From positions 930,001 through 994,000 of the forward strand of contig NW_027139666.1 of the NCBI RefSeq assembly GCF_035084215.1: a stretch of 64,000 bases of DNA, read 5' to 3'. Positions within the stretch are counted from its first letter, which is position 1; every line of letters starts with the position of its first letter. The notes under the pieces are model-generated. The model did not search any database, was not told the origin of the DNA, and was given only the letters and a program-made list of their open reading frames with translations. Source of the stretch: Heptranchias perlo (lineage: Eukaryota). Shown here one piece after another: positions 26,965 through 40,189 of this stretch. The position numbers were made by a program, and so were the translations under genes.

Positions 26965-27761
26965 TTATTGACTGAAAGATCATCTGATTGGTTGGGCATT
27001 ATTACACCTCATTTGCCTATTTCAATAACCAATCAGATAGCTGGAAATTAGATGAGGGCGGGATTCAACAGCCTCAACGGACAGATTAGGAATTTTATGA
27101 ATTTCAAAAAACCCGCCAGTGTCGTAAAGGACCGGATTTAGATCAATGTCGCCCTGAGCACAAGATTTTAAACCCGTTCATTTTATCTTTTCTTATTCAG
27201 CGGTACCCGTCACCAATCGCTGGCGCTGTTTTAAAATCTGCTTTAATTTATGGCTCATTCTATTATCGCTTACAAACTGTACCGGACGGGACTAAAGCCC
27301 CATTCACAGCATTCCGTGAAGTGACACGTTTTTATTCAGTCTTTATGAAAGTGACACGTTATAGTTTGTTCCTTTCTCACAGAGCCGGGAGTGCTTCTAT
27401 TAAACGAGGGACCCGGACGGAATTCTCATTCTGCGCCTATTCCGCTGTGTTTCTGCAAGGGGTGCGTTTGCTTTTAAAATGGGGATTTTCACCTCAGACA
27501 TTAAACATTTCTGAGATTGAATTCATGGAGATAATGGAATTGCTCCCGGGGTCATTCAGGGTGTGTTCGTGGCTGGAATAGTAACGCTTTAAGAACAAAA
27601 CGAATGGGAAGGAGCGGATCAGAAACTCGCGTTCAGTTTATGGGTCAGAAATTTCAACGGTGCAGTTACAGTATCAGTTTTGGATTGGAATAATATCGCG
27701 GTATTAAAAAGATACTAAGCAATTATATAGGAAATGCAGCTCTTTCAGAGAGGTTGTGGGT

Positions 27762-27777
27762 GGCTCTTAAAAGAGCC
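27762..27777 (-). promoter_or_regulatory. Histone 3' stem-loop (H2B) with canonical HDE
   Basis: Reverse complement GGCTCTTTTAAGAGCC; HDE GAAAGAGCTG at 27737-27746. Confidence 0.96.
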
Positions 27778-27809
27778 GTTGTGGTTTTTTTTCAGTACAT
27801 TGTGGAGTT

Positions 27810-28184
27810 TTACTTGGAGCTGGTGTACTTGGTCACCGCCTTTGTCCCTTCCGACACAGCGTGCTTGGCCAGTTCCCCGGGCAGCAGCAGGCGCACGGCG
27901 GTCTGAATCTCCCGGGAGCTGATGGTCGCCCGCTTGTTGTAATGGGCCAGGCGGGAAGCCTCACCCGCGATGCGCTCGAAAATATCGTTCACAAAGGAGT
28001 TCATGATGCCCATGGCCTTGGAGGAGATGCCGGTGTCGGGGTGAACCTGCTTCATCACTTTGTAGATGTAGATGGAGTAACTCTCCTTCCTCGACTTTCT
28101 CCGCTTCTTGCCGCCCTTGGCTGGTGCTTTACTCAAGGTTTTCTTGGCGCCCTTCTTGGGAGCTGCTTTCTTGTCCTCAGGCAT
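27810..28184 (-). CDS. H2B: Histone H2B (124 aa)
   Basis: Intact [16 protein letters not shown] and AMGIM variants. Confidence 0.98.
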   Translation of the reverse strand: MPEDKKAAPKKGAKKTLSKAPAKGGKKRRKSRKESYSIYIYKVMKQVHPDTGISSKAMGIMNSFVNDIFERIAGEASRLAHYNKRATISSREIQTAVRLLLPGELAKHAVSEGTKAVTKYTSSK

Positions 28185-28970
28185 TTTCAAACTCAATTTG
28201 AGACCCAGAAATGACCCAAATCCGCTCCGAGCTCGGATGAAATAGGCAGCCCCACAGCCCTATGCTAATGAGGGATGGGGGAAGGCAATGATTGTGATTG
28301 GGTCACTGAGAGTGATGTCACAATAATTATTCACTGTAACTCTCTGATTGGATACCTGAAGAAACCAATCAGATTTAGAACCTGCCACCAATCACAAACA
28401 CGCTCACACTGCACATTGTCCGGTTTCAGCAATTTGTTCCGAACTGTTGCAGTTCTGATTCCGGCCAGTAGATGTCCCCAAACCCCGGGTCAATGAAGTT
28501 TGCCGATGAGAGAGGGACAGAAGATAAACTCATTCTTCACAATATCTTGCAAGAGTGGGATTCAGAAAAACTGGGAATGGAGACGAGATGCAAATACATT
28601 TTGTTGGACCAAACATTGGTTTTAATGCTGTGTTAAATTCTTGTAATTGATTTTGGGATTATAGCCAATACTTCGACAAAATATACTTGCAGAACGGCTG
28701 TGTAAATGTGTATTGAATTTCAATATAGAAAGGTGTGAGCTGGTGCATTTTGTTAGGGGGAATAAGGAGGCCACATACTGCTTGGAAAATATGAGTTTAA
28801 ATGGGGTAGAGGAGCAATGTAAATCGTGTCCTGAGAAATCAGAGAGAAATACTGCGCAATGTAAGTGAAAAATAACGGGGTAAATTCACAACTATCGAAT
28901 GAGTGAAACAAAAACTTTATTTTGAATCAATTGTCTTCATTTTGCAATCAGAAAACGTGCAAAATTACGA

Positions 28971-30637
28971 GAATAGTGATGTCTTGAGGAGTGTACATAT
29001 TACAGAGAGGGAGGTGCTGGAAGTCTTAACGCGCATCAAGGTAGATAAATCTCCGGGACCTGATGAAATGTATCCCAGGACGTTATGGGAGGTTAGGGAG
29101 GAAATTGCGGGTCCCCTAGCAGAGATATTTGAATCATCCACCGCTACAGGTGAGGTGCCTGAAGATTGGAGGGTAGCAAATGTTGTGCCTTTGTTTAAGA
29201 AGGGCGGCAGGGAAAAGCCTGGGAACTACAGACCAGTGAGCCTGACATCTGTAGTGGGTAAGTTGTTAGAGGGTATTCTGAGGGACAGAATCTACAGGCA
29301 TTTGGAGAGGCAGGGACTAATTAGGAACAGTCAGCATGGTTTTGTGAGAGGAAAATCATGTCTCACGAATTTGATTGAGTTTTTTGAAGGGGTAACCAAG
29401 AAGATAGATGAGGGCTGTGCAGTAGACGTGGTCTACATGGACTTCAGCAAAGCATTTGACAAGGTACCGCATGGTAGGTTGTTACATAAGGTTAAATCTC
29501 ATGGGATCCAAGGTGAGGTAGCCAATTGGATACAAAATTGGCTTGACGACAGAAGACAGAGGGTGGTTGTCGAGGGTTGTTTTTCAAACTGGATGCCTGT
29601 GTCCAGCGGTGTGCCTCAGGGATCGGTGCTGGGTCCGCTGTTATTTGTTATTTATATTAATGATTTGGATGAGAATTTAGGAGGCATGGTTAGTAAGTTT
29701 GCAGATGACACCAAGATTGGTGGCATTGTGGACAGTGAAGAAGGTTATCTAGGATTGCAACGGGATCTTGATAAATTGGGCCAGTGGGCCGATGAATGGC
29801 AGATGGAGTTTAATTTAGATAAATGTGAGGTGATGCATTTTGGTAGATCGAATCGGGCCAGGACCTACTCCGTTAATGGTAGGGCGTTGGGGAGAGTTAT
29901 CGAACAAAGAGATCTAGGAGTACAGATTCATAGCTCCTTGAAAGTGGAGTCACAGGTGGATAGGGTGGTGAAGAAGGCATTCAGCATGCTTGGTTTCATT
30001 GGTTAGAACATTGAATGCAGGAGTTGGGATGTCTTGTTGAAGTTGTACAGGGCATTGGTGAGGCCACACTTGGAGTACTGTCTACAGTTCTGGTCACCCT
30101 ATTATAGAAAGGATATTATTAAACTAGAAAGAGTGCAGAAAAGATTTACTAGGATGCTACCGGGACTTGATGGTTTGACTTACAGGGAGAGGTTAGACAG
30201 ACTGGGACTTTATTCCCTGGAGAGTAGGAGGTTAAGGGGTGATCTTATAGAAGTCTATAAAATAATGAGGGGCATAGATAAGGTCGATAGTCAAAATCTT
30301 TTCCCAAAGGTAGGGGAGTCTATAACGAGGGGGCACAGATTTAAGGTGAGAGGGGAGAGATACAAAAGGATCCAGAGGGGCAATTTTTTCACTCAAAGGG
30401 TGGTGAGTGTCTGGAACGAGCTGCCAGAGGCAGTAGTAGAGGCGGGTACAATTTTGTCTTTTAAAAAGCATTTGGACAGTTACATGGGGAAGATGGGTAT
30501 CGAGGGATATGGGCCAAGTGCAGGCAATTGGGACTAGCTTAGTGGTATAAACTGGGCGACATGGACATGTTGGGCCGAAGGGCCTGTTTCCATGTTGTAA
30601 CTTCTATGATTCTATGATTCTATGATTCTATGAATAG
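28971..30637 (+). mobile_element. Young 5'-truncated CR1 LINE (RT domain to 3' end)
   Basis: RT motifs GVPQGSVLGP and FADD; one premature TAG at 30004; (TTCTATGA)4 tail; GAATAG duplicated at 28971-28976 and 30632-30637; paralogous empty sites at ~12710 and ~61760. Confidence 0.95.
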
Positions 30638-30749
30638 AAGTGACAGACAGAAACTTTCCTCAAATTGCACATTGTCCTGTTTCTGCAACCACGACAGATC
30701 ATGCGAATTTGTTTTCCGCTCTTTCACAGTTCTCGCCTACGTCCAGTAG

Positions 30750-33700
30750 AGGTCAGTCTCTTGTACTGTGTATGAGAGCGGGATTTCATCTGCATCTGTC
30801 AATCTCTGATACTGTGTGTGTGGGATTCATTCTGCATCTGTCATTCTCTGGTACTGAGTATGAGCATGGTATTTATTCTGTATCTCTCAGTCTCTGGCAC
30901 TACATATGAGTTTAGGATCGTTCTGTATCTGCCAGTCTCTTTCACTGTATATGAGAGAGGGATTAATTCTGTATCTGCCAGTCTCAGGTACTGTGCATAA
31001 GTGTGGAATTAACTCTCTTACTGTCAGTCTCTGGTGCTATCTGTGATTGTGGGATTCATTCTGCATCTGCCATTATCTGCTACTTTATCTAAGTGTGGCA
31101 TTCATTCTGTCATTCAGTCACTGAGACAAAGTGCAAATCTGAATTCATTCTGTATTCTTATTTCAGTTACCAGTATTTTACTTGAAACTGTATCTTTAAC
31201 ACTTTAAAGTATATGCAGTTTTTCGTCAAGTATTTAATTTGTAAATATGGATATATTTTTCGATTTTCTTTAATCAAACCACGTGTGTGGGTTTTAGAGT
31301 AGCATCACATCTTAATCTCTGAACTCATATGTGAATGATAATGTACCTTTCAATCTGTCCATGGTGAAATTATTGGACTGGTATGTTATGTGCAGCTCAG
31401 ATCTGCAATAATGTCTGTGATTACTTTCTGTAAGTGTGGGATTCATTCTGTTCCTGTCAATTTCTGGTATTGTGTGTGAGTGAGCTTAATTTTGTATCTG
31501 TCAGTCCCTGGTGCTGTATATGGTTGTGGGATTCATTCTGTATCTATCAGTCTCGGGTGCTGTATGTGAGTGTAGGATTCATTCTGTATTTGTCAGTCTC
31601 TCGATCTGTATGTGAGTGTGGGATTCATTCTGTATCTGTCAGTCTCTGGTACAGTCTGTGAGTGTGGGAATCATTCTGTATCTCTCAGTCCCTGGTACTG
31701 TGTGTGAGGGATTCATTCTGTATCTGTCAGTCTCTGGTACAGTCTGTGAGTGTGGGATTCATTCAATATCTGTTAGTCCCTGGTATTGTGTGTGAAGGAG
31801 GGTTTCATTCTGTTCCCCTCAGTGTCAGATGCTGTATGTGAGGGAGTCATTCATTCTGCATCTATCAATTTCTAGTACTGTTTGTGAGTGATATAAATGT
31901 TGTCTCTGTCAGTCCGTGCTACAGTGTGTGAGTGTAGGATTCATTCGGTATCTGTCAGTCACTGGTATATTGTGCGAGTGTTGGTTTCATTCTATTTGTC
32001 AGTCTCTGGTACTGTGGGAGTGTGTGAATCATTCTATGTCTGTCAGTCCCTTGTACTGTGTGTGAGTGCAGGATTCATTCGGTATCTGTCAGTCACTGTT
32101 ACATTGTGTGAGTGCTGGTTTCAATTTGCATGTCAGTATCTGGCCCTCCATCTGAGTGTGAGATTCATTCCTTATCTGTATGTAATTTGCATCTCCGTTT
32201 ACAGTATGGTGTTCCAAACTATCTTTAATACCTCAATGTATCAATATTTTTCCCAGTGTTTAATTGGTAGATAATGATACATTTTAAAATGTAATGCTGT
32301 AGGTTATAATCAGAGAATGTGGGCACTTTTTGGACTTCTATTAAATCTGTATCGAGGGAAAACAATTGTGACTTAGTTTATCTTCCAAAATGATATGGTG
32401 ACATTTTTGAACTTGTATATAATGTGTAGGTCAGTCTGAATGAATGGAATACTGTATATGTCAGTCTCAATCTGTATCAGTTTTTTGTAGTGGTTTATAA
32501 TGTGTAGATCAGTCTGCACTAATGGAATTGATACTGTATCTTTCAATCTGAAACTATGAGATTTTTGGACTGTGTATTGTGTAACTCAGACTGCATTAAT
32601 GTGTGTGACTGTGAGATTCATTCTGTATCTGTCAGTCCCTATTACTGTCTGTGAGTGTGGGATTCATTCTGTATCTGTCAGTCCCTATTACTGTCTGTGA
32701 GTGTGGGATTCATTCTGTATCTGTCAGTCCCCAGCACTGTCTGTGAGTGTGGGATTCATTCTGTATCTGTCAGTCCATAGTACTGTCTGTGAATGTGTGA
32801 TTCATTCTTTATCTGTCAGGCTCTGGTACTGTGGGAGTGTGTGATTCATTCTATGTCTGTCACTCCCTTGTACTGTGTGTGAATGTAGGATTCAATCAGT
32901 ATCTGTCAGTCACTGTTACAATGTGTGAGTGCTGCTTTCATTCTTTTTGTCAGACTCTGGCCCTCTATCTGAGTCTGAGATTCATTCTTTATCTCTGTGT
33001 AATTTGTATCTCCATTTACAGTATGGTGTTCAAAACAGTATCTTTAATACCTCAATGTATGCATATTTTTCCCAGTGTTTAATTGGCTGATAATGAAATT
33101 CTGTAGAATATAGTCAGAGAATGTGGGCACTTTTCAGACTACTATTAAATCTGTATCGATGTGAACACAATTGTGCATTAGTTTCTCTTCCAAACTGATA
33201 AAGTGACATTTTTGAACTTGTATATGATGTGCAGCTCAGTCTGCATGAATGGAAAACTGTATATTTCAGAGTGAATTTGCATCAGTTTTTTGTAGTGGTT
33301 TATAATGTGTAGATCAGTCTGCACTAATGGAATTGATACTGTATCTTTCAATCTGATACTTCTTGGACTGGTAAGTAATGTGTTACACAGCCTGCACTAA
33401 TGTGTGATTCATTTTGTATCTCCCAGTCTCTGGAACAGTGTGTGAGTGTGAGATTCATTCTGTATCTTGTCAGTCGTGTGTGTGAGTTTGTGATTTATTC
33501 TATATATGCAGTCTCTGATACTGTGAGTGTGGGATTTATTCTGTGTCTTTCAGTCTCCAGTCTTGTATGTGGGTGTTGAATTCATTCTATTTCTGCAGCC
33601 TCTCAGACTGCATGTTGGTGTGGGATGCATTCACTATCTGTCAGTCTCTGGTACTGTGTGAATGTGGGAGTCATTATTTATTTGTCAGTCTCTAGTACTT

Positions 33701-34330
33701 TATGAGAGTGAGTAATTAACCAGATATCGATCAGCCCTTGGTACTGTATGCCAGTGTGGGATTCAAACTGTATCTGTCATCTCTGGTACCATATGTGAGT
33801 GTAGGATTCGCTCTGTGTCTGTCAGTCTCTAGTATTGTATGTGAGTTTGGGATTCCTTTTGCATCTGTCAGTCTCTGGTACTGTATCTGAGTGTGAGATT
33901 CATTCTGTATTTGTATGTAATTATTCTCTCAGATTGCATTATTGCGTTCAAAATTGTAGCTTTAATATCTTCATGTTTTGGTCATATCTCTCATTATTTA
34001 ACTGGTAAATATGGATACACTTTAGGATTTGACGCTGTAGGTTTTAATCAGATAATTTATCTGCTTTTTGAACTACTATTAAATCTGTATCTCTGTAAGT
34101 ACAAATGTGTATGATAATGTATATTTCAAATTGATATGGTGACACTTTTCAAATGGTATATAATGTGTAGCTCAGTCTATACTAATAGAATTGATACTGT
34201 ATCTATAAATCTCATACTATGAGTGTATTATCAACTGATATCTAATTTGTTTCTCAGGTTACACTGTCACAGCATTTCTCAATCTGATACTGTACATGAG
34301 TTTTGGACATGTATGGAATTTGTATCACAT
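30750..34330 (-). repeat. Composite 46/82-bp satellite, inverted, with internal kb-scale duplication
   Basis: Same units as 8900-12590 on the minus strand; the block near 31990-32580 is repeated near 32815-33370. Confidence 0.88.
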
Positions 34331-34764
34331 GATACATGCAATATCCATTCGAATAGTGTATTAAACTCACATGTGTGTGTGAGTTCTGAGCTAGTATTCA
34401 ATTGGAATCTCAGGGTACATTATTGGGATAGATTATGTACCTTCCAATCGGGTGCCATGTGTGATTTCGATCTGTGATTTAATTCGTACCTAATGTTGCC
34501 CTATTGTGAGATTGACTCAGTGCCTTTCAATCTGATAGTGTGATCTTGGACTGGGATTTTTGTATCTACCTGTCAGCGGGACTCAGCTCGGGGGAAATGG
34601 AACAGTGTCTGCCTCACCTGCTCTGTTTGAACGTTGGATTGAAAATGTGCCTGTGAAACTTGGGATCAGTGTGGGACTGAGTGCTTCTACTGTCTGAGAC
34701 TGTGGAACTGATGACCTGTCTGTGCCTCTGTGTCTCTGTGCGCTGTGTGTGATAATGTACTTAC

Positions 34765-35663
34765 TGTGTGGGAGAAGGAGTTGGCTGCACTGTTCCTTGT
34801 GCCTCGAGTGGAGGAAACATACCACTGATTCTGGGTCCTTGAAGGATTTGCCTGTCGGAAGAAATTTATCTCTTGTAACTCAAGAACCAGTGAGGTAGAA
34901 AATACAAAAGTGTTCGAATTAATATCCATGTCAATGATTATTTTGAATATCCACAAATGAAAACCAGTGATACAAACAGTGTCAGTGTCTGACTCCACTG
35001 CAGTACTGCAGCACTCAGCTTCTGCACACCAGGTGTGTTGGGCAATTTTACAACAATTTAGTGACATCCAGACACAACCCAACCCCTGCACTGATCCATG
35101 AATGGGACAACCCGATGGGGCAGGGACCTTTGTACAGGTCAGGTTTCTAATCCCCTCTCCCATTGGACTTACCGTTCAAATGAAAGCAAACAGCCGCTGT
35201 TTAAAATGTGTCCTTCACACTTCTCACCTGATCCCTGCAACAGACGCTCTTTGTATAACTCCCCACATCCTCACTGACCGGCTCTGTTTCCACTCTTCAC
35301 TGTCCAATAACAACAAACAGGGTGAGACTGGAACTAAACCAGGAACATTCACTACTGGTTTGGGGAGAGAAAACAGCAATGGTTTTAAATAGCAGGTTCT
35401 TCCCATTCAGTCTCCCTTCCCCTGGACACACCCTGGACACACACAGCCCGAGAATGACCTCTCCCTTCCCCCGCTCACTCCATGTTCCGGGACCAGTTCC
35501 TGATCCACTCCGCCTCTTACAAACAGACCCCGGACTCCCCCTGACCTTCCCCCGGACTCAATGCCGATCTCTGAGCCCATCTGCGGACACGGTCCCGAAG
35601 CGATGAGCTGCTGTAACGAGGCTGCTCTTTGCTCCCTTCCCCCGGGGGCCGTGATCTCTCCAT
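34765..35663 (-). other. Gene X copy C: three-exon open reading frame (35663-35521, 35299-35228, 34851-34765), product unknown
   Basis: ATG then donors GTAAGA, GTGAGA and GTAAGT, CAG acceptors, all introns phase 2, no stop in about 100 codons; the 3' part was not located. Confidence 0.5.
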
Positions 35664-35669
35664 TCCCGG

Positions 35670-35810
35670 CTGTTTTAAACCATCTTCTTCCGCTCACTGA
35701 GTGAATGGCGCCCACAGGCCGAGCTGGGGGAGGGGAGCGCGCATGCGCTCTTCTGTTCACCAACAACCAGCGCTGGGGGCGGAGCTGAGCCGCGCATGCG
35801 CAGATATCTG
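35670..35810 (-). promoter_or_regulatory. GC-rich promoter of gene X copy C
   Basis: Two perfect GCGCATGCGC (NRF1-like) at 35739 and 35792, a GC box and an ETS-like CGGAAG. Confidence 0.6.
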
Positions 35811-36769
35811 GTTTCAATCCCAATACAAAAATCGATGGAAACTTTCCCCAATTGGAATTTTTCAGAGTCTGAGCAAAGGAAATGGGGCTGGGGGAAAGGT
35901 CAGAGGGAATGGGGTCCACAGGCAGTGCAGGAACAGGCACCAGAATGGAAAACAGATGGGATTCCACCAGTGCCTAACGCTGGAATCCAGACTGACTTTA
36001 CAATCTCTAACTATTAAACCAGATGTTTCCATCCCTGCTGTTTCTCTCGGAATCTTTTGATGGTAAAGAGCCTTTCATAGATAAAGTGGGCGGGTGATAA
36101 ATGGCTTTGATTCATTCTTGCACTCTTTACTGATAAAACAGACGCGTGAGGAAGAAGCTGGGGCGGGGGGAGGATTTCTCAAACCAATCCTGGAGAAAAA
36201 AGGAGGAAAGAGTGAGTCGATGTGTTTGTTGGGATCGTGTCGGATTAATATCTGACAGCACCGGTCCCAGATTAATTTAATCAGATTGAAACTCTCGATT
36301 ACTGAGAGTAATACCGAACGTCCCTGAGCTGCAAAACAGAATAAAGTACAACAGGCAAGAGAGGGTTAAATGTGGCCCATTGTTTTTGTCACTCTCTGAA
36401 CTGTGTGTGGGATTAATAGTGTGTCTGCCTCTGGTACAATATCAGTGAGAGATGAGATTGCATCTTTTGTCTCTCCAATTGGATATTTCTGGATTAAACG
36501 AAACTTTACAGGTTAGTCTGCAACTGATACTGTGGCACTTTGTCTCTCCGTGTTCTCTCTCACCGTGTCTGTCTCCCTGTCTCCCTCTCTCTGTCTCTCT
36601 CTGGTGCTGTATATGAATGTGGGATGATGCTATTGAGCTTGATATGAACACACTGATAGGAAGTGTACGATTGTCAGTGTGTGTTTGTCTCTCTGTAGTG
36701 CTGGACATGAAGGTGGGATACTGTCTGACATAAAACAGAGAGAATGGGTTCTCCGGGCCGGGCCGCAGT

Positions 36770-37290
36770 GTAACCGGGGATGTGTTCGGCTTCAGTCCCA
36801 GTTCATGGACATTTCTTTTTCACAGATTCAGGGTGAGAGTCTCTGTGAGACGGTACCACTAGCGGAGAAACATCGCGTCTCAAGTCAAACCCCAACACAA
36901 GAGATTCTCGAAATCAGCTAGAATAAAGTGTTTGTAAACTGCTGAACCCGTCCGGGAGGGGATGTGTGGGGAGATAGAATCGGGGGAGTCTGGGACTGAA
37001 ATGGAAGGAGGCGGGTTGACTTGTTATAGAAGGGACTGTATTTAGGCAGGAATATTACTGACTGTTAATTGTAACGGGGCTTATTTAAAAGCTGCGGGTT
37101 TCTGGAAATCCTTGAATATGAAGTCCGAGTATGTAAGAGTTTGTCCAGAGCGCTGTGTTTCGGTTCTAATATCGATAAACTGTTTGAAATTGGCGGGTGG
37201 AGAAAGCTGGAGGTGGAGCTGGAAGATCAGAGGCCGCTCTCTGCTCTGTCTGTCACTCTTTCTCCTCCACTCCCGCCCTCTCTGTTTAAT
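36770..37290 (+). other. Orphan H4 upstream region with the gene absent
   Basis: Reverse complement of ~4270-4765; no H4 CDS follows. A shorter copy lies at 55455-55640. Confidence 0.75.
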
Positions 37291-37799
37291 CCCTTACATG
37301 GAAGCAACGCGGGTAGTTGGACTCGAAACACGGTTGACAAGTCAACAAGACGAAAGGCGAGTAATGTTTCAAATCTCCTGGGCACCAGGTAATTCACTGT
37401 CATTTGTTTCTGTACAGAGTTACATTTCAGTGATTCCCCAGTGTGTTTGATGCGTTATTTAAATAATCCAACAAAATATAACAGAAACGGAGCGAAGCGC
37501 TGAATCCCACAGATGTAGAAAGGTTCGTCGAACAGTTCTGGTGATGCCTTACGAGCCCAGCATGGCAACTATTTTAAATAAATACAAGAAATCTGGTGAT
37601 GTGTGGGCTGGGGTTCATAAGTCACCGTTTAAAGTACCGGACTTTGGTCGGTGCCCCGACTCCAGTCCCATTAATACCCAATGTCGTCTACACCAAGACA
37701 AAAGAAGCTCAAAGTAACACTGGTCGCATGATATCAGCGTCTCCTTCAGTCAGTAACCAGTCTTTTTACACATTCAGTGGGTGGATCTGAACATGAGCC

Positions 37800-38930
37800 T
37801 TTGCATCGAGTTACATCGAAACCAAGGTACAGAAACAGGCCATTCGGCCGAATTAGTCTGTGACGGTGTTCATGCTCCACGTGAGCCTCCTCCTTCCTTA
37901 CTTCATCTAACTCTATCACAACACCCTTCTATTCCTTTCTCCCTCATGTCCTTCTCTATCTTCCCCTTAAATGCCCCTATGTTATTTTCCTCAACGACTC
38001 CTTGGGTAGCGAGTTCCACATTCTTCCCAATCTTTGGGTAAAGCAGTTTCTCCTGAATTCCCAATTGGATTTATTAGCGATTATTTTATATTTATTACCT
38101 GAAGTGTTGGACTCCCCACAAGTGGAATCATTTTCCCTGCGTCTCCCCTTTCAAACCTGATCATTATCCTGTGGACTTCTATCAGGTCAACCCTCAGCCT
38201 TCTCTTTTCTAGTGAAATGAGCCCCAGCCTGTTCAACATTTCCTGATAAGAATATCCTCTCATTTCTGGTATCACCTTTGTGAATCTTTTTTGCACCTTC
38301 TCCAATCCCTCTCCGTCCTTTCTATAACATGGAGACCAGAACTGTGCACAATACTCCAAGTGTGGTCTAACCAAGGTCCCATACAATTTTAACATAACTT
38401 CTTTGTTTTCAAATCTATCCCTCTCGAAATGAATCTTAGTGTTTGATTTGTCTTTTATGACCTTATTGAGCAGCGTCGCTAGTTCTTGTAATTTTTATAT
38501 CTGTACCCCTAGATCCCTTTGCTCCTCTATCCCGTTTAGACTCCTATTATCCAAGCAGTGTGTGACCTCCTTATTCTCCATTCTGCAAGTTTATTAATGT
38601 CCTCTTGCAATTTGCTACATTCTTCCTTTGTATTAAATACATCCCCCAATTTGGAGTCGTCGACACATTTTGAAATTGTACTTCTGATTCCCGTTTCCAA
38701 ATTGTCAATGTAAATTGTGAAGAACAGTAGTCCCAGCAACTGGAACATCACTTCCCACCTTTTGCCAGTCTGAGTAGCGACTCTTAACCTCTATTCTCGT
38801 TTTTCTGCTTTGTCGCCAGCTTACGATCCATTCTACCACCTGTCCCCTGACTCCACGTGCTCTGAAATTAGCCATGAGTCTACAACGCGAAACCTTATCG
38901 AAGGCCTTCGGAAAATCCAAATATATTTAA
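37800..38930 (-). mobile_element. Degraded CR1 LINE 3' part
   Basis: ORF fragments MDFPKAFDKV, ISKCVDDSKLG and LKLYGTLVRPHLEYCAQFWSP. Confidence 0.85.
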
Positions 38931-39029
38931 TCTAATGCTTTAAACTTGTATTCAATTTCTGTTCCTTCTTCAAAGATTTCAATAAGGTTGGTCCTGTCCT
39001 TTGGGATATCAGATTAAATCTTTGCCGCT

Positions 39030-39413
39030 TTACTTGCTCTTGGAGCTGACAATGCTGGTTTTCTTCGGCAGCAGCACGGCCTGGATATCTGGCGACACCC
39101 TGAGCGATGGTCACCCGTCCCAGCAGCTTGTTGAGCTCCTCGTCGTTGTGGATGGCCAGCTGCAGGTGTCTGGGGATGATGCGGGTCTTCGTGTTGTCGT
39201 GGGCTACGTTGGCGGCCAGCTCGAGGATTTCAGCCGTCAGATACTCGAGCACAAAAGCCAGATAGACCGGGGCTCCGGCACCCACATTCAGCGGATTTCC
39301 ACTTTCGCAGGAGCAAGTGAACACGGCCCACAGGGAACTACAGTACCGGCCCGGGATGAGCGAGGCTTGGCCTTGGCCCGAGCTTTAACGCCGGTTTTTC
39401 CTCTTCCAGACAT
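39030..39413 (-). pseudogene. H2A: Histone H2A pseudogene
   Basis: Several indels, CAG>TAG at 39338-39340, stem-loop cut off after AAAGG (~39000), promoter interrupted by a LINE fragment. Confidence 0.93.
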
Positions 39414-39544
39414 TTCCACAATCTCACAAATACGTTAATGCAGAATAAAGAACTCTCCTGCTCTCGCCCTTCTTATACCTTCTGGAGGAGTACAGTGGGG
39501 GCATTTGTAGTGGGTCTCTCTCAGAGTGTTTACACTGCCCGCTC

Positions 39545-39705
39545 ACCCTCACTGATATTCTATCTTTCAACTGCTGTAATATTGTCCTTTAGCAATATTG
39601 CTGGTCTCCCTCCTTTCCCAACTTCTCTGTCCTTTCTAAAGATCTTATAGACTTGAATATTAAGCAGCCAGTCGTGCCCAGCTGGTAGTCCGGTCTCCGT
39701 AATCA
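39545..39705 (-). mobile_element. CR1 endonuclease-region fragment
   Basis: Minus strand ITETGLPAGHDWLLNIQVYKIFRKDREVGKGG resembles the CR1 APE domain. Confidence 0.6.
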
Positions 39706-39949
39706 TTTAATGTAATTATTTAACCTCACGAAATGGGTGATGCGGCCGAAAAACGTGAAGGATTACTGGATAGTGTGTAATTTCCATTGGTTGGGGGGTT
39801 TGCGACATCTACTGGGCGGAGACGTGAACTACAAAAGAGCGAGAAATGGTCAGTCGGAAACCGGTTCAAATGAAGAACAAAATCCAACCGCTTGCGGTGT
39901 CTGTTCAGGGTGTGATGTTTAACAACTATTTTATGATGATGGATGGTCA

Positions 39950-40021
39950 GCGATGGTGGTATAGTGGTGAGCATAGTTGCCTTCCAAGAAATTGATTCGG
40001 GTTCGATTCCCGGCCATCGCA
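39950..40021 (+). tRNA. tRNA-Gly-TCC: tRNA-Gly (TCC), variant or pseudogene
   Basis: 72 nt GCGATGGTGGTATAGTGGTGAGC...CTTCCAA...GGTTCGATTCCCGGCCATCGCA; paired acceptor stem; A and B boxes present; G30:A40 mismatch; no adjacent T4 run. Confidence 0.85.
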
Positions 40022-40189
40022 ATTAAGTGTTCTCATTAGTTTATTTCCTTCAGAAACTCTTAAGTATTGAATTTGATGCAGTTCAGTTGGATATTGTTTC
40101 CAAAACATAAACGAGTGTAGGTTTAGTAAAATGATTTCAGCCTTTATTTATTTTCCCTATAGAAGGAATAGAGGAAAAACATGCTGGAA

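Noticed and set aside
28903-30006. 367-aa ORF as a host-RT fusion gene
   Set aside because: The first ~23 codons are flanking DNA in frame by chance with a truncated CR1, with a GTG start and no promoter evidence.
34852-35227. Possible snoRNA or structured RNA in gene X intron 2 (palindromes CTGCAGTACTGCAG and CACACCTGGTGTG)
   Set aside because: I could not identify C/D or H/ACA boxes with a consistent fold, and the palindromes are broken in some copies. An Infernal/Rfam search would be needed.
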